Part shown: positions 43,257 to 53,504 of the stretch, piece after piece
How the letters are laid out: each line of letters begins with the position of its first letter
Numbering within the stretch: position 1 is the stretch's first letter
Source of the DNA: a virus
Virus record (IMG/VR): IMGVR_UViG_3300010885_036069
Span: 52,662-116,661 of that record
Reading direction: 5' to 3' (one strand)
Length of the DNA stretch: 64,000 nucleotides
The notes under the pieces: generated by a model
What the model was told of the DNA's origin: nothing
Seen by the model: the letters and a program-made list of their open reading frames with translations, nothing else
Database searches by the model: none
Made by a program: the position numbers and the translations under genes

Positions 43257-46200
43257 GTGGCAACCGCTGATGTAGTCATCAAAATTGATGTTCGCGACGG
43301 TGAGGCGAAGCGCAAACTTACCGCCCTAGAAGCTCGACTAAATCGACTAAATAAGGCTGGAAACGGCGCTAGTGGTTCTTTTGGTGACCTTGGTGACGAA
43401 ATAGACCGAACCACAGGTTCAACAGATAAGTTCAATAAGGAACTTGATAAGAACGAACGTCATACTCGTAAGTCAAGCAGGGCCAATAAGGGAGCGCTTA
43501 AGGAATTGCGCTCCCTTAGCAATGCCTTTTCACCTTTAATCAAGTTTGCCAAATATGCTGGTGCCGAATTCGGCGTAATGGCTATTGCAATGGTCGGCCT
43601 GAAGGTCGCTCTCGTTGCTGGACAAGCCGTAGCAAAAGGCTGGCAATACCTACTGCAAGGAATGGGTGTTGCTGCCGGTGTTGCCATTGCCGGACTAGCA
43701 GGCGTATTGGGTGCCATTAGGCAGTTGAATAATGCAAAAATCGCGCCACTTGCAATTTCTGCTGGTGCTGGAGCAGCAGGATCCGGTGGAAAATCTTTCA
43801 CTGCTGAACTCAGTGGCTTAATGGGTAGCGGTCAGCTCGGTATGTTCAAGCAGCAGACGTTAACTGGGATGGCAAAATCTCAGTACAACTCTGGAAACCG
43901 AGTCACTGCTGATTACCGAGCTATGGCTCAGACTCTTGGAAACTTTGCCATTGGCGCTGATGATCCCGATAAGGCTCTTTCAGGACTAACTGATACTTTC
44001 GTCAAAGCCCAAAAAGAGGGAAAGTTCACGGAAGAAATGCTTAAGACGATTTCAGAATCGTCGCCGCAACTAGGTAAAGCACTTAAAGAAACCGGAATGA
44101 ACGCCGAGCAATTCTTTGGAGCCTTCTCCAGAGGTGAAATTGAATCATTGAAGCCATTCAAAAATGCGCTTGATGATGTAAATAAAACCCTAATAGGTCG
44201 TTTTAAGTCAAGTCTTCGAACTGCCCAAGAGAGCCTTACCGAACTAGGTGGAACTCTTATTGATCAACTATCAACCCCAATGGGCGAAGTTGACAAGGGT
44301 TTAAAAATCTTCTTAATGAAGGTGAGTCCAGCAATCCAGTCCGTGATGGGAAACATTTTCCCAGACAAGGCTGGATCCTCCATTACTCGTGTTTTTGATT
44401 ATTTAGCAACTTCAATTATTACAAATCTCCCAAAACTCCTTGAGTGGGGAAAATCACTTAAGGGAATTTTTGGAGGACTTGGTGGTGTGTTCGGATCAAT
44501 TGGTGGCTGGTTAGAAAAAGCAACCGGCGGATTCAATAATCTTTATGAGAATATGCTAAAGCCCATTGGCATTGAGGTTTGGAAGACCATTGAACACGCG
44601 ATCATGGCGTTTAGCGATGTCATGGAAAGTACTGGCGGATACGGCGAAAAGTTCAAAGAAACCATTGCAAATATTGGCGAAGGTCTTCGAGGATTTATTG
44701 ATGGTCTTGCTGCCGTAAAGCAAGCAATGGCCCCACTCGTCAGCATGTTCATGACGATGATTGGTCTTGTTGCAAAATTGGCAGGCGCTCTCGGACCTCT
44801 TAAACCCCTCTTAGCACTAATGGCTATGGGGGCATTGACTGGTCGCGGAAAAATGATGGGTCCGAATGGGAAGCCCATGAAGATGGGCATGGGCGCAGGG
44901 ATGCTTAACTTTGCAACTTTGGGAGGTCTGTCTCGCGCTCAACGTGGAGCAGCCCCAAAGACCGAAGAAGAACTATACAGACAGCAATTACGCGATCAAC
45001 GCCGAGCCAACTTCTCTAGACGGGCTGGGGAGGCAAGGTCAAATCTCTGGCGCGCTCCAAAGGCTGCTGCTCTCGGAGCGCGAAATGCCGCAAAGACGCA
45101 GATGACCATTGCAGCCGCAACTGGACAGCAGGTTGGTCCATATAGCGGTGTCGGCGCTCATGGCATCCCTTATAGCGCTAGACAAATTGAAGCAAAGTCA
45201 GGTGGTCCAGCATTTAGGGCTGGAACCAAGGCTTTCGGTCAAGGTGTAGTCAAAGAATTGAAAAAAATGGGTCCTGGTGCTGTCACCGGCCTCGCGACTG
45301 CGGGAATGCTTGCTGGTGGATTCATTCAAGGGTCAACATCAAAAACTAGTGGTGTAATGCAGGGACTCGGTGGAGCGATTGGCGGCGCCGGTATGGGGGC
45401 AACCATTGGTTCAATGATTGCCCCTGGCGTCGGAACCGCTGTTGGTGCTGGTCTGGGTGCTGTTGTTGGCGGTATTGGTGGAATTATGAGCGCTCGTGAT
45501 CAAGCAGGAAAAGAAAAAAAGGCAGCAAAAGAGCGACTCAGGGAAGGTGCATTTGCGGGGATTCCCGTTAATGATCAATATGCTCTTCGCTCTCGGGCAA
45601 TGCAATTGCGCTCCCAAGGTAAAGCATATAGACCTGGGGAGTTTAACGCTCAAACTAAAGAAATGAACTCCAAAATGGATGCTCTTATTTATGGAGTTGA
45701 CAATAAGGGCAAACAAAATCAATATCAAACTTCCACACGCGGGAAAGTTATTGAAGACATCCTTGATGCGGGTGGGGATAACACGTCTATTTCAACGGAC
45801 AAGGGAAGTTTAACTAAAATCATGGGGGGCGGACGAGGAGAGGGTTTTGATCGCGGATCCTGGAGTGATGAGGACAAACTTAAGCGCGTTAACCAACTAC
45901 TTGCCAATAGAGGCGAACTGCTTGATTCCGAAATTCAATTTCTTAACAGTTACAGTTCTCAACTTCAAACATCAATCAATATCAAGAAATCAGGCCTAGA
46001 AGATGAAAAGGCTTATCGGGGTCAGTTGGAGGCTTTTGCCCAAGAAATGGACACGATGGCCGCGCAGCAGGACACGAACTTTGGATTGATTTCTAGCGTT
46101 ATGGGAGTTACTGGTGATGCTGCCAGTGAACTTGCTTCAACTATGAAGTGGGATCTCGGCAAGAACCTGCTTACCGTTCAAGACTTGATTCAAGGGTTGG

Positions 46201-47510
46201 GCTACACCATGGTTGATATGAGTGATGCAACCAAAGTGGCCGCTAGAGGTGCAGACTTGATGGCCAATAGGGCTAAAGCCGCTGGTCGAATCTTGGCAGA
46301 CATTATGAAGCCGATTGAAGACAAAAGAGCAGCACGCGAGCAGAATCAAAAATTGAATGCCGCCGGTCAACAATTATTCAACTACACCGGTTCAGATACA
46401 GGACTTATGGATCAGTATGCTGAGGACTTTACTGAGGCCTCAATGACTACTCTTCTTCAGGCTTATACCAAGGGTGACTTTGGCACTGGAGTTGGCGCTT
46501 ACGACAAATTTGTTGAGGAAGTTCAGAAGTCGTACTACAACAGCCTAGGGGATGCAATCAAGGGCGGTGCTACAACTGGTGTGGTTTCAATGTTTGGTGC
46601 AGAAGCGAGTCGCGTTGTTCAAGGGCTTCAAAAAGGTCAGACCGGATTCTCCACGAGAATGCAGTACGACCCCGCGTTTGCTCTTGGGGTTGGAAGCAAA
46701 ACCGGTGCCGCGGCTGATAAATACAACACACTAAGAGGGCAAGGGGTCAGCGAAGAGGACGCCTTAACTCAAGCAACAAACGGTCTTAAAACGGAAATTA
46801 GTGTTCTTTCTGGCGGAAGACTTGATGTTAATACTAAAGAAATGGGCGACACTCTTTCAACTTTGATTCAGGGGCAACTGAGTGGAACTGAGCAAGCATT
46901 CCTCAATGCCCTAAACAAAGCAAAAGTGCAGTTCCAAGGAAAGATTGACCTGAATCTTAAAGATGGCAAAGGCCAAGTCTTGGATAGTTCAACTTTCAAT
47001 GTGACAACTTCTGGAAGTAGCGGACCAACTCTAACTGCTGCTGAAAGACAAGCCGCAGCAGAGGCCGGAGTCACACTTCCTGGTGATACCTCCACAAGTC
47101 GCATGGCCCGAACAATGGGCAAGCACATGGCTTTTAATGGCAAAATTGCTGGAAATCGAACCGTTACCTCAGGACTCCGAAATTGGAACCTTGGCTCTGG
47201 AATGTCGGATCATAAGTTCGGCAACGCTTATGACCTAACAGGCGACAACCTCGGTCAGTATGCATCTCTCGTAAATGGATCAGGTGGATTTGCCGAGTTC
47301 CATGGCGCTGCTGGCGGCCGACATCTTCATGTCGTTCCCCCTTCTGGGGATACCTCTTCCCCCGCTATGGTTAGTGGTGATGGTGGTGGATCAACCACAA
47401 ATAACTACAACATTTCTGTACAGGGTGGGACTGCAAGTGCTGACGAAGTGGCACGAAAAGTTGTCACAATTATTCAGGAAACTCAGCGCTCTAATCGGGA
47501 GCGTGCCTGA
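43257..47510 (+). CDS. Tape measure protein with C-terminal M15-like peptidase domain
   Basis: 1417 aa, Ala/Gly-rich helical; TSGLR...SDHKFGNAYD...HLHV near the C-terminus. Confidence 0.9.
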   Translation: MATADVVIKIDVRDGEAKRKLTALEARLNRLNKAGNGASGSFGDLGDEIDRTTGSTDKFNKELDKNERHTRKSSRANKGALKELRSLSNAFSPLIKFAKYAGAEFGVMAIAMVGLKVALVAGQAVAKGWQYLLQGMGVAAGVAIAGLAGVLGAIRQLNNAKIAPLAISAGAGAAGSGGKSFTAELSGLMGSGQLGMFKQQTLTGMAKSQYNSGNRVTADYRAMAQTLGNFAIGADDPDKALSGLTDTFVKAQKEGKFTEEMLKTISESSPQLGKALKETGMNAEQFFGAFSRGEIESLKPFKNALDDVNKTLIGRFKSSLRTAQESLTELGGTLIDQLSTPMGEVDKGLKIFLMKVSPAIQSVMGNIFPDKAGSSITRVFDYLATSIITNLPKLLEWGKSLKGIFGGLGGVFGSIGGWLEKATGGFNNLYENMLKPIGIEVWKTIEHAIMAFSDVMESTGGYGEKFKETIANIGEGLRGFIDGLAAVKQAMAPLVSMFMTMIGLVAKLAGALGPLKPLLALMAMGALTGRGKMMGPNGKPMKMGMGAGMLNFATLGGLSRAQRGAAPKTEEELYRQQLRDQRRANFSRRAGEARSNLWRAPKAAALGARNAAKTQMTIAAATGQQVGPYSGVGAHGIPYSARQIEAKSGGPAFRAGTKAFGQGVVKELKKMGPGAVTGLATAGMLAGGFIQGSTSKTSGVMQGLGGAIGGAGMGATIGSMIAPGVGTAVGAGLGAVVGGIGGIMSARDQAGKEKKAAKERLREGAFAGIPVNDQYALRSRAMQLRSQGKAYRPGEFNAQTKEMNSKMDALIYGVDNKGKQNQYQTSTRGKVIEDILDAGGDNTSISTDKGSLTKIMGGGRGEGFDRGSWSDEDKLKRVNQLLANRGELLDSEIQFLNSYSSQLQTSINIKKSGLEDEKAYRGQLEAFAQEMDTMAAQQDTNFGLISSVMGVTGDAASELASTMKWDLGKNLLTVQDLIQGLGYTMVDMSDATKVAARGADLMANRAKAAGRILADIMKPIEDKRAAREQNQKLNAAGQQLFNYTGSDTGLMDQYAEDFTEASMTTLLQAYTKGDFGTGVGAYDKFVEEVQKSYYNSLGDAIKGGATTGVVSMFGAEASRVVQGLQKGQTGFSTRMQYDPAFALGVGSKTGAAADKYNTLRGQGVSEEDALTQATNGLKTEISVLSGGRLDVNTKEMGDTLSTLIQGQLSGTEQAFLNALNKAKVQFQGKIDLNLKDGKGQVLDSSTFNVTTSGSSGPTLTAAERQAAAEAGVTLPGDTSTSRMARTMGKHMAFNGKIAGNRTVTSGLRNWNLGSGMSDHKFGNAYDLTGDNLGQYASLVNGSGGFAEFHGAAGGRHLHVVPPSGDTSSPAMVSGDGGGSTTNNYNISVQGGTASADEVARKVVTIIQETQRSNRERA

Positions 47511-48163
47511 TGCCTACCGTAATCATTTCAAGTGGTTCTACTGAGTGGGAATCTGCATTTAGCGGAACTTTAAGAAAAGCAGAAACCCCTGGGAAGGTTT
47601 CTCTTAGGGCTACTGCTCCGATTCAGTTCCCCAATGGAAATCCATTTGTCCCATCTTTTACATTTCCATTTGCTCCAAATTCAATAAGCATTAAAGATAT
47701 GTCAGATTCTTATGAGCAATTATCCCGACCTGGCCGAGAACCACTTCTTTATCGATCAGAACAAAGATTGCTGTCAATTGATTTAAATTTAGTGCTGACT
47801 GCCGACACATCAAAAGGATACAACTCAGCGGAATGGAATATTAATTGGCTGCGCCTTCTTGCTCGGTCTGACAAGGATATTGCCGTTATTGGCTTGGGTG
47901 AAGTCGTTACTGGAAAACTTTTCAGGATTGTAGATGTTTCAGTCAGCTCTCAAAGGTTGAATATAAAGCAAGAAATCACAATTGCCGAAGTTGGACTTTC
48001 ATTAACGGAAGTTCATTTTGATCAACGCCAAAAAATCCCTGGTTTGATTGTTATTAAGGACATTCCACCCGAAGCAACGGAGGCTGGAAGAACCGCTGCT
48101 GCACCAACAACAACTGGTGATGTCTGGGGCGATCATGTCAGTAAGAACTGGCCCGTGAAGTAG
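47510..48163 (+). CDS. Tail tube initiator/baseplate protein
   Basis: F.FPFAP..I...Y..LSRPGR.PL; position after the tape measure gene. Confidence 0.6.
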   Translation: MPTVIISSGSTEWESAFSGTLRKAETPGKVSLRATAPIQFPNGNPFVPSFTFPFAPNSISIKDMSDSYEQLSRPGREPLLYRSEQRLLSIDLNLVLTADTSKGYNSAEWNINWLRLLARSDKDIAVIGLGEVVTGKLFRIVDVSVSSQRLNIKQEITIAEVGLSLTEVHFDQRQKIPGLIVIKDIPPEATEAGRTAAAPTTTGDVWGDHVSKNWPVK

Positions 48164-48165
48164 AC

Positions 48166-49407
48166 ATGATTTCTCCAGTCGTTGTTTTAAATAATGTTTC
48201 AGATCCAAATAGCACTTTCCCTGTAGTGTTTACTGACATTGCTCCTCAAATCACAAGCATGTCAGTAAGCCTGACTATGGATTCCGTAAGCCAGATCAGC
48301 ATTACCGTTAGTGATCCAGATCTTTACTATCTTAAGTCTAATGTTTTCCAAATTCGTGGTTGGATTGTTTGGGAAAACATGAGGTTTGAAATTGCCGTTA
48401 TTGAGACCAGTCAAGCAAGCGGCAAGGAGCAGGTCAAACTTGATTGTCGTTCTGGTCCATGCCAAGAATTGAAACGAGATAAAGGCAAGAATCTTTTTAC
48501 TGGCGGAAACGCAACAACATATGCGGCGACGAAAGCTCGAGAAAAAGAACTGAAGTTCTTTGGCGAGAACACGCCACCTAAAGAGAATATCGCGCAGTCA
48601 TCCTCATCTGAGTCTGATGAGTCGGTGTGGCAAGTGCTGACAAATCTCGCAAGTGCGAATCAGTATGTCTTATTTGAAACGGATGGACGGCTGTTTTTTA
48701 CATCCCAGCAATTCCTATTGGGAAAATTTGCCGTGACTGGAAGGGGAGCAAACCCAGGTTTCCTATACACACCAATTCGCTACTTCACCGAGCAGGAGAA
48801 TGCCGTAAAGTTCAATCCCATTCCGTTGCCGCTCGGACGACCGACTCTTCAGTTTGGTGACGGCGCAGACGGTGCTGGAATTAAATGGTATGTGATGTAT
48901 GCTCAACGCGTTCTACGCGAGCGGGCTGGACAGGATGTTGCGGTTGATGGTGTTTTTGGATTTTCTACAGCAATTGCAGTGGGAAATCTTCAGGCTTTTG
49001 TCGGCCTGCCAGTAAACGGTGGCTACATTGACTTTGCCACATGGGCATGGATTGACTTTCTTGCCAATCAAGAATTTGCTAATGCGGGTGCATACAGCAT
49101 GCGAGCGCTTCAATGCCCCACTGCTCGGAAATCTGATGATGATTACAATGCTGCTGAGGTGAATTTTCAACTTCCATGGGACGAGGGTCGATTACTCCGT
49201 CCTGGTATGACTATTCGCTTGGAAGATATGCCAACTATGTTCCAAGTTAATTATCTTGTAAGTGAAGTTTCTTGGGAAGAGGGAACCTTTGAAAGCGTTT
49301 CTGTTAGTGCAAGAACTCCTCAAGAACCAAGCGATGAGGCAAAGAAGCAGGATCTAAATAGTCGAGTCAGTTTCACTGGTGGCGGCTTTACTAATGTGGC
49401 TGCATAG
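48166..49407 (+). CDS. Baseplate hub protein with inserted peptidoglycan-binding domain
   Basis: ESVWQVL..LA....Y..FE.DGRLFF and LRPG..I.L hub motifs; TL..GD...QR.L...VDG.FG..T..AV..LQ...GL...G..D..TW PG-binding motif. Confidence 0.75.
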   Translation: MISPVVVLNNVSDPNSTFPVVFTDIAPQITSMSVSLTMDSVSQISITVSDPDLYYLKSNVFQIRGWIVWENMRFEIAVIETSQASGKEQVKLDCRSGPCQELKRDKGKNLFTGGNATTYAATKAREKELKFFGENTPPKENIAQSSSSESDESVWQVLTNLASANQYVLFETDGRLFFTSQQFLLGKFAVTGRGANPGFLYTPIRYFTEQENAVKFNPIPLPLGRPTLQFGDGADGAGIKWYVMYAQRVLRERAGQDVAVDGVFGFSTAIAVGNLQAFVGLPVNGGYIDFATWAWIDFLANQEFANAGAYSMRALQCPTARKSDDDYNAAEVNFQLPWDEGRLLRPGMTIRLEDMPTMFQVNYLVSEVSWEEGTFESVSVSARTPQEPSDEAKKQDLNSRVSFTGGGFTNVAA

Positions 49408-49415
49408 GTACCGAC

Positions 49416-51140
49416 ATGGAAAACTACACAACTCCATTTAAAACTCAATCAGTTCCATTTAATGCCAATGGCATCTTCTATGGGATCGTTGCAGCCGTCA
49501 CCGATAAGCGACTGGATATCAAGGTTCCTCGTATGACGGGTGATGCCGTATTCAAGAACATTGAATACAGTGATTCCGGTTTTACGGACATTCCATCAGT
49601 TGGAGAGTTGGTATTCGTTTCTTTCTTGGAGGGAAAGAAGGATGACCTAGTAGTTCTTGGTCGAGTCAAGTCAAGCCTAGATCAGCCCGATGTTGACCTT
49701 AGCGGTGCAGTAACCGGGGACTTTCTACAGTACGACGGAACTAAGTTTATCGCTGCAAACATTGATCTCGGGAGTCTTACTGTCGGCAACTATGTTGCAA
49801 CGGTCGCCGGAACCGCTAATGAAATTGATGTATCGGGTTCGGGGGTTGAAGGTGCCGCTATTACTCTCAGCCTTCCTGCAACAATCAATGCCGACACAAC
49901 CGGATCTGCTGCAAAGTGGACGACGGGTCGAAAAATCACACTCGGCGGAGATCTAACCGGAGATGTCACTTTTGACGGTTCCGCTGATTTCACTCTAAAC
50001 GCAACCGTTGCCGCCAACAAGGTTGCTCTTGGCACAGATACGACCGGCGATTATGTTTCCACGATCACCGCTGGCACCAATATGTCAATTAGTGCTGGAT
50101 CTGGAACGGGTGAGGGATCAACTCCCACGCTTGCCACCTCAACAACACCTAGTTTCAGCACCATCACTAGCACTATTGCTACTGGTACTGCGCCATTGAC
50201 TGTTGCTTCAACAACCCTTATAACCAACCTAAATGCTGATCGGTTAGATGGGGAGCATGGAAGTTGGTATTCACCAAGTGGCCTTATTTCTCCCTATGCC
50301 GGTCTTACGGCTCCAGCCGGATGGCTGTTTTGTGATGGGTCATCCGTAAGTAGAACCACTTATGCTGATCTGTGGTCAACACTTTCAGTATCCAAGGGTG
50401 CAGTAACTAGCATCGCCAATGGCGCATCGGCCTTAGTTACTCAAACTGCCCATGGGTTAGCCGAAGGTGACGCTGTTTACTTCACCACGACTGGCACATT
50501 GCCCGCAGGTTTATCAATCAATACAACATACTATGTCAAATTTGTAGGGGCAAATACGTTCCGATTGGCTTCCACCAGAACTGCTACAGCATCTTCAGGT
50601 GCAGCATCTTCGTTCACAACAGGCACTGCCATAACCACGAGTAGCGCCGGAAGCGGTACTCATACGATCCACCTTGCCCCCTATGGCGTTCCAGCGGCAT
50701 CTACTACTAACTTTTATTTGCCTGACATGCGTGGTCGAACCCCCATGGGTCTTGACAACATCAACGGCACCGACGCTGGGGTACTCACTATTCCCAATGC
50801 TATTGGTGCCACATCGGGTGAAGAGAAGCATCTGATAATCTCGGCTGAAATGCCAAGTCATCTTCACGATGATGGAACGCTTGCAAACACAAATGATTCA
50901 ACACACACACATACCGCTGGCAAATATGATGCGCTTGGCATTAATAACTATGGGGTGGCAGCCGGTGCTGATTATCAAGCCCTAGTCGCTTCGGGTGCCA
51001 GTGCGACCACTCGCGTACTCACCAATGCTGGGACCAGCCATGGTCACACGATATCGGGGAATACCGGTTTAACCGGTGGGGATAGCGAACATAACAATCT
51101 TCAACCGTTTATGCTCGTCAACTACATCATCAAGACTTAG
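49416..51140 (+). CDS. Baseplate spike-like OB domain fused to a fibre with a tail-collar domain
   Basis: N-terminal P.VGE.V.V.FLEG..D..VVLG; PSG.I.PYAG..AP.GWL.CDG..VSRTTYA.L; LPD.RGR; HNNLQP....NYIIK. Confidence 0.75.
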   Translation: MENYTTPFKTQSVPFNANGIFYGIVAAVTDKRLDIKVPRMTGDAVFKNIEYSDSGFTDIPSVGELVFVSFLEGKKDDLVVLGRVKSSLDQPDVDLSGAVTGDFLQYDGTKFIAANIDLGSLTVGNYVATVAGTANEIDVSGSGVEGAAITLSLPATINADTTGSAAKWTTGRKITLGGDLTGDVTFDGSADFTLNATVAANKVALGTDTTGDYVSTITAGTNMSISAGSGTGEGSTPTLATSTTPSFSTITSTIATGTAPLTVASTTLITNLNADRLDGEHGSWYSPSGLISPYAGLTAPAGWLFCDGSSVSRTTYADLWSTLSVSKGAVTSIANGASALVTQTAHGLAEGDAVYFTTTGTLPAGLSINTTYYVKFVGANTFRLASTRTATASSGAASSFTTGTAITTSSAGSGTHTIHLAPYGVPAASTTNFYLPDMRGRTPMGLDNINGTDAGVLTIPNAIGATSGEEKHLIISAEMPSHLHDDGTLANTNDSTHTHTAGKYDALGINNYGVAAGADYQALVASGASATTRVLTNAGTSHGHTISGNTGLTGGDSEHNNLQPFMLVNYIIKT

Positions 51141-51175
51141 GATCACGATGATCTTTTTTATGGGAAGATAGAGAT

Positions 51176-51496
51176 ATGGACTTATTGGCTTTTCCATTTA
51201 CTTTTAAGGCTGACGGATCTGCGGCGAAGGTCGTCCAGGCCTCAAATGACCATACAGCTCAACGTATTTACGGATTTGTGAAAACCAACTGTGGGGAACT
51301 CCCGCTAGCCCTTGGGTATGGCCTGACTGATCCAGTATTTGCTCAAATGGAGCTTGGGGAGGTTGAGGCTGGAATCAGTCTTTATCATCCAGACATAGTT
51401 GTTGAGTCCTCTTCAACTAAGATTAGCGAAGATGGAAAGATGGCCGTTTCCATTGCATTTACCGATGTAGATCGCATTTACCGAGGAATCGTATAA
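51176..51496 (+). CDS. Baseplate wedge protein (gp25/gpW-like)
   Basis: FPF.F...T..GE.P....YG..DP.F. Confidence 0.7.
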   Translation: MDLLAFPFTFKADGSAAKVVQASNDHTAQRIYGFVKTNCGELPLALGYGLTDPVFAQMELGEVEAGISLYHPDIVVESSSTKISEDGKMAVSIAFTDVDRIYRGIV

Positions 51497-53502
51497 TGGG
51501 AAGTCCTGATGTAACTCCATATGTAGACCTGACGCTATTTGACGCGTCAAGTCAGCAGATCTTTCTTGATGCTATTGACTATGCAAAGGTCGCCCTTCCA
51601 GAGTTTGCTCCGCAAGAGGGGTCTATTGAAACCGTCCTACTCCAAGCAATGGCCCTTGAAACCCAAGAGTCCATCTATGCAATCAACCGACTCCCTGGGG
51701 CTGTGATTGAAGTCCTCCTTCGACTGCTTGATGTGGAACGGAATACCGGTACATCAGCAACGACCATCGTGAAATTCAACGGTTCAACGACGGCCAACTT
51801 TGATATTCCACTTGGAACTCGCTTGTACTATCAGGAATCATCAACTTCCGACGTTCTTTTGTTAGAAACAACAGAACTGGTGAGCGCATCCCAATCAAAG
51901 AATGTTTCCACAATTAGCCAAGCCACAACAGTTATTACGGTTACAACTACAACTCGGCATGGCCTTTCTAACGGGAATTTAGTAACAATTTCCGGCACGA
52001 CCAACATGAATATTTCAAACGCCGCCGTAACCATTGATCCCAATGATGCTTTTAAGTTCACCGTTACCGCTGGCGCTTCAGCGACATACTCTGAAACCAC
52101 TGGCTTGGTGACTCCAGCATCAACGATTCCCGCAACTGGGTTTGTTCCAGCCAAAACTTCTACGATTACCGAGGCCTTCAATGGTCTTGCATCTGGAACC
52201 GGCTTGGTCCTCCTCTCAATCGTTCCAGCGGTCGCCTCGGCAGAAACGGTCACAGCCCTTACGGGCGGGCTAACAGAGGAAACCGATGCTCAGTACTTCA
52301 GTCGTGCTGTTGCCACACTCTCTCGCCTCTCAACTGCCCTCGTAACGACCACTCAGATGGATCAGTTCGTAGTTGAGTCTGGTCGCTACCCAGATGCCTA
52401 TCGAGTTCATTCAGTGGACAACACGAATGAAACGAGAGAAGGCGAACTTGTCAACAATGTAATGATCGCTGTAGCCCCCGTTGACGCCACGGTTGACAAC
52501 CTTCTAGATGGGGTTGGCGATGGTTCATTGGAATCAACTGATACGAATTACGGCGTTAAGGACATCATCTACGAGGGAGTTGTCGAGCGCGTTCACGGAG
52601 CGCTTGATCCAGTAGTAGTGAATCCTGCCATTGTTGAGGTAGGAGTTTCAGCAACAGTGAAACTCCCTGCGGGAATTCTTGCTTCAAGCGTTGAGGATGC
52701 TTGCAATGAAACACTCAGCAATTACATTTCATCAAATACTTGGGATTGGTCGGATGTAATTCGATACAACGAAATTATCACCAAGCTCAGGAATACGGTA
52801 GTTACGGTCGGAACCTCAACTCTTCCGGCTATTGAATATGTTTCGGCAGTCACAATTACGCCGACTGACGCTTACATCCCTGAAGAGTCAACTCTTTATC
52901 AAGTTACAAACTTTGCCCGAACAGGAACTACTTGCACTTTGACAATCGGCGGTCCTGGGATCGGCGGAGTCCATGACCTTGACCTTACTGCTGGAGAATC
53001 GCTTTGGGTGAAGGTTACGGGTATGAGCAACTCGGCATTCAATACCACAACAATCGCGCAAGCATTAACTCCATCAAGTTCCACTATTACCTACACTCAA
53101 GGAACCGGTACAATTGTTTCAACAGGAACAGCAACTATTACCATTGCGAGTCCTTGTGTTGTAACTCTCACTAATCATGGGTTTGTTGCTGGTGATGGAA
53201 TCTATTTTACGACAACAGGTGCATTGCCTACAGGGCTTAGTGCTAGCACGGTTTATTATGTTCAAAACCCAGGAGCTGGTACATTCAATTTAAACACGAC
53301 TCAAAGCAACGCAATTGCGAACTCAAGCACTGGCCGAATCAATACATCGGGTACGCAGTCAGGCACGCATACGGTGATTTATTACCCCTTACCAACATCT
53401 GGATGCATCCTCCCGATGAAGCGCGATGCTAATGGCAACTTCACTATCTATGACCCAGCCCCATTAGTCACAAGTGGCACGCATGTCACGACGACGGTGT
53501 AG
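51496..53502 (+). CDS. Baseplate J-like wedge protein with inserted beta-barrel modules
   Basis: IP.GT, TGG...ETD..Y..R; repeated HGL..G..V/Y.T modules. Confidence 0.8.
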   Translation: MGSPDVTPYVDLTLFDASSQQIFLDAIDYAKVALPEFAPQEGSIETVLLQAMALETQESIYAINRLPGAVIEVLLRLLDVERNTGTSATTIVKFNGSTTANFDIPLGTRLYYQESSTSDVLLLETTELVSASQSKNVSTISQATTVITVTTTTRHGLSNGNLVTISGTTNMNISNAAVTIDPNDAFKFTVTAGASATYSETTGLVTPASTIPATGFVPAKTSTITEAFNGLASGTGLVLLSIVPAVASAETVTALTGGLTEETDAQYFSRAVATLSRLSTALVTTTQMDQFVVESGRYPDAYRVHSVDNTNETREGELVNNVMIAVAPVDATVDNLLDGVGDGSLESTDTNYGVKDIIYEGVVERVHGALDPVVVNPAIVEVGVSATVKLPAGILASSVEDACNETLSNYISSNTWDWSDVIRYNEIITKLRNTVVTVGTSTLPAIEYVSAVTITPTDAYIPEESTLYQVTNFARTGTTCTLTIGGPGIGGVHDLDLTAGESLWVKVTGMSNSAFNTTTIAQALTPSSSTITYTQGTGTIVSTGTATITIASPCVVTLTNHGFVAGDGIYFTTTGALPTGLSASTVYYVQNPGAGTFNLNTTQSNAIANSSTGRINTSGTQSGTHTVIYYPLPTSGCILPMKRDANGNFTIYDPAPLVTSGTHVTTTV

Positions 53503-53504
53503 TT

